A stretch of 64,000 nucleotides of DNA from Antechinus flavipes (taxonomy: Eukaryota), in assembly GCF_016432865.1 (NCBI RefSeq), contig NC_067398.1:553350001-553414000 (forward strand), read 5' to 3'. The notes beneath the pieces are model-generated. The model was not told the DNA's origin. It saw nothing but the letters and a program-made list of their open reading frames with translations, and did not search any database. A program made the position numbers and the translations under genes. This document shows, in pieces, positions 49,080-60,413 of this stretch (position 1 is the first letter of the stretch; every line of letters begins with the position of its first letter).

Positions 49080-49232
49080 TGTGATTTCACTAATTAACAT
49101 AGGGTACTTTAGGATTAGGAAGCTCTCACTCAATACAGGTTAGGCACCTTTTCTGCAACTGATAGACTGAGAGATTAACCTAAGTCACATAGCCAAAAAT
49201 GAGTCAAAGGTAAGTCTTGAACCCATACTTTC
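49080..49232 (-). mobile_element. CORE-SINE (Mar3-like) hosting the L1 insertion
   Basis: 'ggcaccttttctgcaactgatagactgagagattaacctaagtcacatagcc..cttgaaccc'. Confidence 0.55.
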
Positions 49233-49505
49233 TTTTCTTTTTTTTTTTTTAAATTCAAATTTTATTTTATTTAACAATAACTCCGTATTGACAGAATCCA
49301 TGCCAGGGCAATTTTTTACAACATTATCCCTTGCACTCGCTTTCGTTTTTTCCCCTCCCTCCCTCCACCCCACCCCCAAGATGGCAAGCAGTCCTATATA
49401 TGTTAAATATGTTGCAGTATATCCTAGATACAATACATATTTGCAGAACCGAACAGTTCTCCTGTTGCACAGGGAGAATTGGATTCAGAAGGTAAAAATA
49501 ACTCG
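49233..49505 (-). mobile_element. Young 5'-truncated dasyurid L1 3' end with perfect 14-bp TSD
   Basis: Poly-T tail; 'acattatcccttgcactc..gatggcaagcagtcctatatatgttaaatatgttgcagtatatcctagatac'; TSD gaacccatactttc at 49219-49232 and 49506-49519. Confidence 0.95.
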
Positions 49506-49525
49506 GAACCCATACTTTCAACCTA

Positions 49526-49539
49526 GCGCGCTCTCGCTC

Positions 49540-49582
<43 letters not shown>
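49526..49582. repeat. (CT)n microsatellite with CG interruptions
   Basis: gcgcgctctcgctctctctctctcgctctc.. Confidence 0.95.
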
Positions 49583-49584
<2 letters not shown>

Positions 49585-51759
49585 AAAACAAATATTTAAT
49601 AATTCTTTTAAAAGACTATCTGGTACAGTTTTAATACAAAGAAATCAAAGCTATCTATAGTTATATAAAAATGTCAAGCCAATTCTCTACTTAAACCATA
49701 TTATCTTTCTCCAGATTTGTGACCATGATGAAATGCAGATTCAAATCAAACCTTTTTTATCTACTAGCTATGTAAACTTAAAGAAGCTTCTCCTTTCTAT
49801 TCTTCCATGTGCTCATCTTTGAAATGATAGAATTGGACTTAATGATATCTATCTTGCTTTTAACTAGGATTTTCTTTTGAGAGGCAGGCTAAAGAAAACA
49901 TGTGTTTTAATATATAATTATATATGCATATATAATTTGAGAGAATTGTGACTGTACCAATATATAATATATATCACATATTATATCATATAATAAAATA
50001 TAATAATAAAGCAAACTTATTAATAAGTTTGCTATACTAATTCTTTTTTGGAAGGAGAACCTTGTAGGCTTTGTCTGATCTGAGACATGAGTGAACAACA
50101 AAACTTCAGAAAGGCCACTCTAGCTAATATTTTGCTAGACCTTTGCTTGCCAAAATGGATCAGAGGCAAACTCCTTTATGATGGATCAACTTTCAGAGGT
50201 GCTATTCAAATTCTCTTAGTCTTATGGAAGACTTGTCAAATGGTAGTTTCGCTGTAACACTTCAACACCGGTTATCTTACATGCTTCCTTCACCCCTCTC
50301 ACAATACATTCAAAGATCTTTCTCAACATCTGGGTTCCCTCCACACAAACCATTTTTAATGCATCCTGAAATCCACACTCACATATTCATGGAAATCTCT
50401 CCAGTGCAGAGTCTAATCTTTGGAAGTGTCTATGCTCATCTCTCCCAAAGGATTACAGCAGCAAAATGGACTTGGCCAAACAGCCACTTCTATCCTCCCC
50501 ACCCCCAACACATACCCTTTTTTTGGTCCTTTAATGACAGAGAAAATACCACTTCCAGTAATGAGAAATCCTCATCCTTTCTCCCCATATAATCTCCCCA
50601 GATTTCCAAGGGGCCTTTTTCTGACCTTTTATGGCCTGGAACCAAGGAGAGCCTTCCTAAATTGAACTTGTGACAGAGGAATGTGGTTGATAGGGGGTCT
50701 GTGGGCTCACAGGGCACCTGGGGACCCTTTGCAGGTCTGAGATACTTTGTGAACTAACAGCAGGAGGCAGGGTCTACAGGAGGTGTTTCACCTCCCCAGG
50801 CTCAGGTCTGTCACCCATGACTAATTCTTCTGTTGTTAAATTAGAACATGTGGACTCCTGCAGGGGACCACTTCGGGAGAATACCACCAACCCGTATATT
50901 TTTCCTTTGCCTTCAGTGACACTCTGCTGGTGTAACTTTTATACTAGGCAATGCCTGTCTGTTTTTCCTAAAGTAAAATTTGCTTCTTTATTGCTTCCTG
51001 TTCTTTATGAAACAGCAGGCACCCCCTTTCCCCTAGGTGCATGTTGGGGGCTTTAGTGCATACACAGCAAGGCAATTATGACAATCCTTGAAGGAGGGGT
51101 AAAAAAAAAATGGGAGAGACAAGACAGAATTACAACCCAGAGCATTTTCATGATCTTCACCTTCTCTGTTGCTATCAGGGTCATTGGAACAGTATGGAGG
51201 AGGTTGTACAAGTGAATCAATGTGGTTAAAAAACTGACCATCAGGAGAATGGGAAGAAGGAACAGAGAAAAAAAGGTGGGAGAAAATTAGTCCAGAAGAG
51301 GACATTGTTATTTTGCAATATATAAAAGCTGAATATTTCAGGGGGAGGGGGCGTGCTAGATTAGGACTTATTTTCACTGATCTCTAACTGAAATTATCTA
51401 TGTGCTTCAATTTTTTAAAAACATGATTCTAAGAAGTGGTCCACAGAATTCTCCAGAATACCAAAGTGATCCACAACATACAAAAAATATTTTACAAAAT
51501 AAAAATAAAACTCTTCTTTATTATCTGTGTTCCTAGAAAGCATATAGATGAAGGATGCTTCATTTTATCTTTTCTGGATCTGAATTTCTTCATCTGTGCA
51601 TGGATAGAGTGCTGGTTGGTGTCTGGAGAACTTAAGTTCAAATCCCACCTCGGACATTTATTAAATGTGAGAGCCCAGAGCAAGTCCCTTATTTTTTCAT
51701 AATTATAGCACTTATCTCACAAAGTTATAAGCTCAGATATAAGTATGTATTGCTATTAT

Positions 51760-51965
51760 TGGTGTTGTTTAGTCTTTTCAGTCATGTCCAATCCTTTGTG
51801 ACCCCATTTGGGGCTTTCTTGGAAAAGATATCGGAATGGTTTGCCATTTCCTTCTTCAGCCCATTTTACAGATGAGGAAACTGAGGCAGAGTCACATAGC
51901 TAGTGAGTGTATGGTTGGATTTGAACTCATGTCTGTAGCTCTGTTCACTGCCACCTAGCTGCTTC
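51760..51965 (-). mobile_element. Mar1-type SINE
   Basis: 'gtgaccccatttggggctttcttggaaaagatatcggaatggtttgccatttccttcttcagc'. Confidence 0.9.
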
Positions 51966-54547
51966 TGTATTAATACTTACTACTACTATGTCAAGCTTTA
52001 GACTGACTGCTAAGCAATAATGTGAGAGGTACACTCATAATTTTGGATGGGGAAAGTAATTAAGACAATAATTAGCAAAGCAAGGGAGAACTCTGCTAGT
52101 CTGAGCTTCATGGAAGAACACCTTGGCCTCCCAGAAACACTTGCCTGAAACTTTTTCTGGGACATCTGCCCACTTACCCCAAATAGGTCATCAGACACCA
52201 GTAGCTTCCTGGGGAGAACGGGATGTCTGGTCACTTTAACGATTAAGTGATTTGGCATGTACCAGAAGGACAGGAGATCCTAGTTTGATCTGCTTCCCAG
52301 TGGAAAATATTAGCAAATATTTTGGAGAGCTCAGTTCTCATTCGGGTTCAACAAAAACTTCAACAGAAATGTTCAGGTTGAGATGAAGTATAAGGAAAAA
52401 CAATAATTGAGGAAGGACTGAGGTACAGATTCACATTTCTCTCAAATTTCTTCAGAGACTAGAAAGATAAACACAAATTATTGTTTATTGTACATGGTAT
52501 TTATTTGCAAGCAAGAGCTCAGTCTGCCTGACAAATCTTAGTGTTTGATTTTTTAAGATATAATGTTTCATTCCCCCAAATACATCCCATATGCACAAAC
52601 ACATCTCCTAGACCCTGAAGAATCTGAGTCATCACTTATTTGTCTTTGCGTTACTCAGTCCACTAATGCCAGTGCATCAGGCTCTTCTTGAGCCAGCTCC
52701 AGCATCAGATGAGCATTTTGCCTCCTGCTCACCTATGATACTAAACTGTAATATAGACTTGAGCCACCATTGGCCCTGAATCCAAAGGAAACTTTTCAAA
52801 ATAGTGTTGAGGGCATGATCGCCAAGAGTTAAGAGCTGGGAACTATCCTCTCAGGGTTCACAGCACAGTGTTACCACTTGGGACAGCTACTTCTTTCTTT
52901 TTACCTCAGGAGGTGGAATATTCCAAAGAAAAGCACTCTCTTATTATGTCTCTGTGTTGTTATGCTTTTTTTAAGTAAAAAAGGGCTGGTTGTGCACATG
53001 GTTCTCCATTTAGCTCCTAGGAATTGACATGTATAATTGCCCCACTTTCATGAAGGGCACATAGGCAAGATTTCATATACAAAATCCAAAGGAGTCCAAA
53101 GGTTGCAGTTGGGTGGGAAACGAAGCCAGTTACCTCAGCCACTTAGTACACACAGTGGGTAGAGCTCCCATTACCTCTCTCTCATGTGGTTTCTCATTAC
53201 ATGCTCTCACCATCTTCAGGTTGTATCATGTCCATCACATCAATCCACCTATAATTTTCCTTAGCTGCCAGCATAGGGTACCAACATCCTTTTTTGCTCC
53301 TCAACCTAGTGTCCAAGAAGTCAGTAGTTTTTAGAGCTAGCTGGAAGGAAATTTAGAAATCATCTAGGCAATATTCCCCATTTTATAGATTAATATATGT
53401 AGGCCCAGAGAGATGAAACCCAAGACCACACAGGTAATGAATGAGTAGCAGAGCCATGATTCAAAATAAGGACTTCCTAACTACCAAATTAGCACTCTTT
53501 CCAGCATACTACTGCTTCTCCTGTATGATTGTTTTTGTTTCTGTTTAACTTTGAGGAGTAAAGGAAGGTCATTAACCTATGGAATGGCATGCACTAGGAT
53601 GAAGATCAAAATGGAAAATAGGAACCAAAGTAACAACATTTTGTCACTTCCTAAAAAACTCCTCATATATTGAGTTGTTTTGAGGAGTACCCTACAACAT
53701 TGCTGTGGAAATTTCTCCTTTTCCCTGGCAGGATGGGCACAAAATGATATTTGAAGCCAATGAACAGACCTTGGAAGTAAGAACTTATTTCCTTGCAGGC
53801 AAATTCAGAAGAGGATGGGTGCAGACGTCCACTTTATCATCAATTTTTCTATATAGTTCATTTCTGTCCCCTCTTTTAGGGAAAGGCTTTATATTGGGTA
53901 TTCTGGTATGAATTTAAGTCAATATGTCAGGCTTTTAAGGGTGTTTGCATTTTAAACTTTATAACTAACTGGGATAAAGTGTTTTGTCCCTGCTAAAAGA
54001 ATTTCAGTTGTCAGCAAGGAAACAGAAGGGTTTTGTTTATTTTTGGTTTTGAGTAGGGAGCCCTTCCTCAAAAATCCTTGAAACTCTACCAGATATTCAC
54101 CCCCAATCTGATAGTTACTGGCTGCCAATTCTCCCAGAATCCCAAGGGGTCCTTGTCTCAGAATGTCAATTATTGGAGCAGGAAATCTTTCCAAACTTGT
54201 GTACTCAATATTGAAATCCTGAGATGTGCGTATAAACCATTTACTTTACTTCATGATCTTTTCCTCAGAAGGTAGATACATACACTGTCTTAATTGGGGC
54301 AAGCTTTAAAAGGCTTAATAAAATGGTACTGTCTCCAATCTGAAATGCTGGTTCAGCTATTTAATGTCCATATGACTTGGATGAGTAACTTAACCCTTCT
54401 GGTTTGTAAATAATTTGTAAATAATAATGATAGTAATAATAATATCATCGTCATCACTATGGCATTTCACTAGACGATTTCTGAATGCTCTTCAGTTTTA
54501 AATCCTCTAAGCCTGTGATCTTTATCCATGCTATCTGTTTGTTCTAG

Positions 54548-54660
54548 GGCATCTAGATGGTTCAGTGGGTAGAGCAACATTGGATAAATAATCTGGAGAA
54601 AGAAATGGCAAATTACAGTAGTATCTTTGCCAAGGAACCTTCAGACCCAATTGAACAACA
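54548..54660 (+). mobile_element. Internally deleted Mar1-type SINE
   Basis: Head 'gggcatctagatggttcagtgggtagag' joined to tail 'ggagaaagaaatggcaaattacagtagtatctttgccaag'. Confidence 0.7.
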
Positions 54661-55539
54661 CATATCTATTTGTCCCAGCTTGACAGTTTCATGGTAAGAG
54701 TTAGGATGGTATGATGGATAGAGTGAGGGTCTTAGAATCAAGAAGTTCTGGATCCAAATTCTGCCTCTGAAATTTACTAACTGTGTAACTGACCAATCTG
54801 AAATCTTCTAATACCTGTGAGACCCTCCATTGCCCTTTTGGGTGATCTTCAATTTTAATTTTCTGGAGGGTGTAAGGTTCCAGTATTTATTATCATTGAA
54901 TCCCAGAAAAACATTGGTATTAAAAAGCCAGGCTTTTGTTTCAGAAAAAATCTTGGGCTCATTAAAAAAAAAAAAAAAACTTTGTAATTAACTAAAAATC
55001 TGTTCCCCTCCTGCTTAATTCTGCCCCACTCATTGTCTATTTGCAGTATCTGTCTTTATACTAATGGACAAACTTCACAGATTGTCCTATGGAGGTAAAG
55101 AGGGAGGAGGATGAAAGTGGATTGATTTATTTTTAGTGAATTACAAAGTTCTTTTAATGACCCCAAGCTTTGCTCTGAAACAAAGACCCATCTTTTTAAT
55201 GCCAGTGTTTTTCTGGGGTTCTAGTTACAAATACTCGAACACTGTACCTTCAAGAGAATTAAAACTGAAGAGCACTCAAAAAGCAGTGGAAAGGTGAACA
55301 AGCTGCAATACATTACAGAATAGGAATTATGAAAGAGAAATAAAAGGTATAATCAAAAAGCGTATAAAAAAAAGAAGATAAATTGGTTACGTGATAAGAG
55401 CAACGAATAACTCAATGGACAGCCTGTGTGTTCAACTGGCTTTCTTCTGATTTCAAGAGAAAGTAAATAATATCTATAATATATTAGCTAAACCTCCCTT
55501 CCCTGGGTGAGATTGTAGGAGGAAATCAACAAGAGTCTT

Positions 55540-56660
55540 ACCAGATGAGCTAGAATGGTTGAGTTGTTATCTGTATCACTAGTGGTAATATCCAGAACAA
55601 TGAAATCCGAGTTTCAATTGAGTAGTAAAACATTTTTATCAAAGATTTGGATAAAGGCATAAATGGTTCACTTAGAAAATGTGCAGTTGACACAAAAATG
55701 AGAGGGGTAAAGCTAACACAGTGAATACACTTAAATCTGACAGACAAGATAGAACATTAGGCTGAAGCTAAAAAAAAAAGGAAATTTAATAAGGAAAAAT
55801 GTAATGTTATGCTTCAAAAAATGAACTTCACAGAGACAAAATGGATAAGAAATAAATTCATCAGATTTAGAACTTTAAGGAGCCTGAGAGACCATATACT
55901 TCAACCCCTTCATTTTATAGATAAAGAACTAAAGTCCAAAGAGGTAAAGACACTTGACCAGGATTATTCAAACAACAATGCATCTGGAAATATTTGCAAT
56001 CTGATTCAACAGGGAAATATGGCAGCCAAGGGAGCTAATGTTGTCTGTGTAAAGAAAGGCACACTGTTCTGGATAAGGAAAGTGATAGGCCCATCACACT
56101 CTACCCTACCTAGTCCCCATTTAAAATATTATAGGCCCATGGGTTATTCCATTTAGAAATGACCTTTATACAAAAGAGAGTGCTCATGATGGAAAAAGTC
56201 CTCACCTTCTTGACAAATAAAAATTGGTTATAGGGATATATAAAGAAAAAGATAACAAGGTGGTAATGAGGTCGAAAGTCATGTAATACAAATATCCTTA
56301 AGGGAAGTGGTGATGTTTGCTTGGGGAGGAAGGAACATTTAGGGGAGATAATGTATCTTCAATCATAAGAAGAGCTATCTTGTGAAAGAGGAATTTTACC
56401 TGTTCAGTATAGTCCTAGAGAGCAGAAATAGAACTAAAAACTTCCTAGTTACAGGGAGGCCTAATTCCTAGCAGCAACCTAGATCTTTGTACTTCCTTCA
56501 CAAAAATGGAATGCATTACATCAAAAGATTATGAGTTTCCACATCACTGAGTAGTTTGATTACTTGTCAAGGATTTTATAGAGGAGATTTTTGCTTTGGG
56601 TAAAGGAAAGATGAGATGACCTTTGCGATGCCTTCAAATTCTGCAATTACATAATTCTAC
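55540..56660 (+). mobile_element. L3/CR1 reverse-transcriptase-to-3' remnant (MIR-like insert at about 55870-55975)
   Basis: About 55630-55710 translates as IFIKDLDKGINGSLRKCAVDTKMRG (CR1 IFINDLDEGIECTLSKFADDTKLGG). Confidence 0.85.
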
Positions 56661-57120
56661 CAGGCCGCTTTCTCTGAAAAAGTGCCTTCCCATAACTTTT
56701 CAGCAGATAGTACAGCTATTTAACAACTTAACGTGTAAATTGTTAAATCTGAATGCCTTTATAAAACAGCAGACAGGGTGAAAGAAATGTTAGGGTTATT
56801 AATAGAATAAATGCCGTTTCTCTTTTCTTACATTATAATAGTTATTTTTATTTTTGTACAATAGCATAAGGATAGAAGAAAAGAAAACTTAACCATGAGT
56901 GCTCAACAGAGTTCTCATTTAAATAACTAGTGTGGTTTCTGAGGTTTTCACATTGTTATATCAGAGATGAATTGAGTGTTGGACAAATTCACACCTCTGC
57001 TCAGTTCCTTTACAGAAAATGATTTCTTTAAAACTGAGTTAAAAATAGCTTTTTAATAAAAAAGAGAAAAGAATAATAGATTTTGTATTTTAAAGAAAAA
57101 AGCTTATTATAGAAAAAATC

Positions 57121-57312
57121 TTAAGAAAGGAAAGAAGAAGAGAGGTGAGATGAAATTACAGGAGAGGAAAAGAGGAGAAAGAGAAGAAAGAAGGAAAGGA
57201 AAAAAGGACAGAAGGGAAGGAGGGGAAGGATTAAGTTAGAAATAGAAAAAGGATAAAAGAGAAGAAGGAAAAGAAGAAAGGGAATTTTTAAGGAAGAGAG
57301 GGAAAGAAGAAG
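57121..57312. repeat. GA-rich low-complexity tract
   Basis: Nearly all purines on the + strand. Confidence 0.85.
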
Positions 57313-57692
57313 ACAAAACTTAAAATGACCTAGTTTGGGGGGGAGGGGGTTGTTTTGATTGAGCTTAAGTTGAACTTCAGGCAAGAGATGCTTCTTAAGT
57401 AGCCAAAGTAGCACGGTTGGTGTCTCAATTTGGATAGCGAGTACAACAGTATTTCAGAAGTTAGCAACAAAAAGGAAAAAGAAGCTTGATATGAATTAGA
57501 AGTAGAAAACAAAACAAAAACCACAGGCTTCTCAATGACCAGGCCAAAGCTCCTCTTGCCCAGGAATAGGTTGATTAGTATGCACTGAGATCTAGCTCTA
57601 GACCAAAAAACTCAGTGCTTTCTATCACTAAAGTACAAAATTTGATTTGTTATTTATTGCAAGTGGCTTTCATTATTCACCTTTATAAATGA

Positions 57693-57694
<2 letters not shown>

Positions 57695-57736
<42 letters not shown>

Positions 57737-57750
57737 GTATGTGTGTGTAT
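57695..57750. repeat. (CA)n followed by (TA/TG)n
   Basis: About 18 CA units, then atatatgtatgtgtgtgtat. Confidence 0.95.
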
Positions 57751-57755
57751 GTTTG

Positions 57756-58016
57756 TTTCCTGATCATTTGTGACACATTTTCTTTAAACTTGATAGCTAT
57801 AGGGTCCACTCTTCATGGATAGCCCACTACTATCAGTTGCTGGAGGATAATTGGAGCTCTCTTAAATCAGACTCTTTCTTCATTGTATTGGGAGCTTGTC
57901 CATGTTTGCTCAGTTCCTCAGTCTCTTCTCAGTTTTTTTCTTTCTCCTCTACCTACTCTCCATGAATTCTTAACTTCTTAATTTCCCCCTTTTGATGGCT
58001 GAAGAATTCTGATTAA
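57756..58016. repeat. 261-bp direct repeat, copy 1 (likely the derived copy)
   Basis: 6 mismatches versus 59061-59321, no indels. Confidence 0.97.
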
Positions 58017-58219
58017 GACTACATTGCTAATTACAACTTACAAGAACACTGATATTAAAGCTGAAAAGAACCTTATAGATTATCTAGTCCATATCCATAA
58101 ATGTCAGATGGGAATAACAGTGCTATGCTACTTACTTCATGGGATTGTTATAATCATTTTCATTAGGACTGTAAGTTTCCTATGCCTAGACCCTAAATTA
58201 CCTTATGTCTCTCCTGTTA

Positions 58220-59321
58220 TTTAAATATTCTCTTGTTACTGAAAAGATCATTTTATTTTTGGATTTATATAAGCTTTGAGTGTGTCTTGCTAAGTTAACT
58301 CCCAGATATTTTATATATTTAGTAGTTATTTTGAGTGAATTTTCTCTTATTGTATTTTATAAATATATAGAAAGGTAGATAACTTTTGTAGCCTTATTTT
58401 GTATCCTGCTATTACTGTAGTTATTAATATTTTGATTATGTTAATCATTTAACATTGAGATTTTCTAAGACCATCATATTGTCTGTAATTAGAAATTATA
58501 TTTTTGCCTTCTCTATTCTTCTGTTTATTTACCATTTATATAATTTTAAATATATAAATGTATATTTCAACCAAGTTTAGAATAAAATTCATGAGAATGC
58601 CTCTTCTCCCACATACATCTTTAAGTATGAATAATCTTCTCCAGTGACACCATCAGGATGAAAGGAAAACTTGTTTCCTCCTCTTTCTTCCCTAAGGTAT
58701 GGATTTTTTGAATACCAATGTCTTTAGCTTGTCCACATTTGTTTCCTTTCTGATCCTGAGAAATAATGAAATTCTAAAAGGACTTTAAAATTACCTTATC
58801 CAATTTCAGGATATTAGCATTTGATCAATACTTCATCATTTCAAGTTATTCAAACTCATTTACTTTTTTTCTCTGCTATATTTACCTTTTTGAACAGGAA
58901 TACTTGAATATCGCAAATTCTATTAAAAGCTCAGTTTTGCAGAATAAGTTATTCTAGGGTACAGATGTCCATTCTTTGTCTTTTGGTGTATTTTTTCTTT
59001 CCTTTCTCACATGAGATGCATAATCTATAGGTTACTAATTCCTTAATACACAATCTGTTCTTTCCTGATCATTTGTGACACATTTTCTTTAAATTTGATA
59101 GCTATGAGGTCCACTCTTCATGGATAGCCCCCTACTATCAGTTGCTGGAGGATAATTGGAGCTCTCTTAAATCAGACTCTTTCTTCATTGTATTGGGAGC
59201 TTGTCCATGTTTGCTCAGTTCCTCAGTCTCTTCTCAGTTTTTTTCTTTCTCCTCTACCTACTCTCCATGAATTCTTAACTTCTTCATTTCCCCCTTTTGA
59301 TGGCTGAAGAATCCTGATTAA
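58220..59321 (-). mobile_element. Old, internally deleted L1 (ORF1 C-terminus fused to the RT region)
   Basis: Minus-strand PRITYSAKLSF (about 58928-58958, ORF1p motif); LITDNMMVLE (about 58465-58495, FADD region); IAGYKIRLQKLSTFLY (about 58365-58412). Confidence 0.75.
59061..59321. repeat. 261-bp direct repeat, copy 2 (likely donor, contiguous with the L1 ORF1 remnant)
   Basis: Matches 57756-58016 at 255/261. Confidence 0.97.
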
Positions 59322-60043
59322 ATTTTGGCAGAGGGAGAGGAAACTGTGGTAGGGATGACTGGAAAAGGTTCTCCCTGCCTCCTGTGGTTACCAGACTTCT
59401 CTCCTATAATTGCTACAGTCATTATCATGTAAAATCTTCAGTCAGACAGACCTTAGGAGCAGTGAACAAGGATCCAATAGATGTCATTAAGAATATAGTG
59501 TCTTCAACATGGAGTCCAGACTTTCTAGAGTAAAGGCTTTCAACTTCAGCATGACCACAGAGTACTCAATTCTCAGCTTTTAGTGCAGTAGGGTAGAAAT
59601 GAGACAAATGGAATGCTGAGGTCAATAATATAGACTTTGATTTTTCTTAATCTCTTTAGTTACTGATCCATTGCTTCATTTAGTCAATTTCTTTCTATTT
59701 TGAAAGGCTAGTAGTAGACAGAACTAGGTTTTTACAAAGCCTTTTACTGCATGATCTTGTCCTGAATCGACACTATCTTTTGGCCATAGGATTTTTGTGA
59801 GAAAATGCTTTTTAAAATATCATGTGTTAAATAGGGGAACAGTGAATACATTAGCCCAACTGAAGTGAAAGTTTTATGTAAAGGAAGGAGTTGGAGATAA
59901 AGATGGAAAAGTAAATTGGGGCCAGACTCCTTAGTTTGATTTTTATCTTCCAGACAACAAAGAGTCTTCTTTATTCTGATTTTGCCCCTATATCAGGCCA
60001 TATCATCCTGCATATATAGAGGCTGATAGTACTCAAAGGTGCA

Positions 60044-60173
60044 NNNNNNNNNNNNNNNNNNNNNNNNNNNNNNNNNNNNNNNNNNNNNNNNNNNNNNNNN
60101 NNNNNNNNNNNNNNNNNNNNNNNNNNNNNNNNNNNNNNNNNNNNNNNNNNNNNNNNNNNNNNNNNNNNNNNNN
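60044..60173. other. Assembly gap
   Basis: N bases. Confidence 1.
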
Positions 60174-60413
60174 TCCCTCTCCTCCTCTTCTTCCTTTTCC
60201 TCCTCTTCTTCCTTTTCCTCCTCTTCCTCCTTCTCCTCTTTCTTCTCCTCCTCTTCTTCCCTCTCCTCCTCTTCTTCCTTTTCCTCCTCTTCCTCCTCTT
60301 CTTCCTTTTCTTCCTCCTCCTCCTTCGCCTCTTTCTCCTCCTCCTCTTCTTTCTCTTCTTCTTCTTCCTTCCCCTTCTTCTCCTCCTCCCCCTTCTTCTT
60401 CTTCTTCTTCTTC
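60174..60413. repeat. Complex (CCT/CTT)n homopyrimidine tract
   Basis: About 240 nt with a single purine; recurring tcctcctcttcttcctt units. Confidence 0.97.

Noticed and set aside
50224-50592. 122-aa ORF
   Set aside because: No recognisable domain, a weak TTG start, and no flanking splice signals or codon-like periodicity evident.
10900-52640. Scattered AP-1 (TGAG/CTCA) sites at about 10908, 22253, 46125 and 52624
   Set aside because: The count is no higher than expected by chance for a 7-mer in 64 kb.
57756-59321. LTR retrotransposon interpretation of the direct repeats
   Set aside because: No TG..CA termini, PBS, PPT or TSD; the interior is old MIR-like and L1 sequence.
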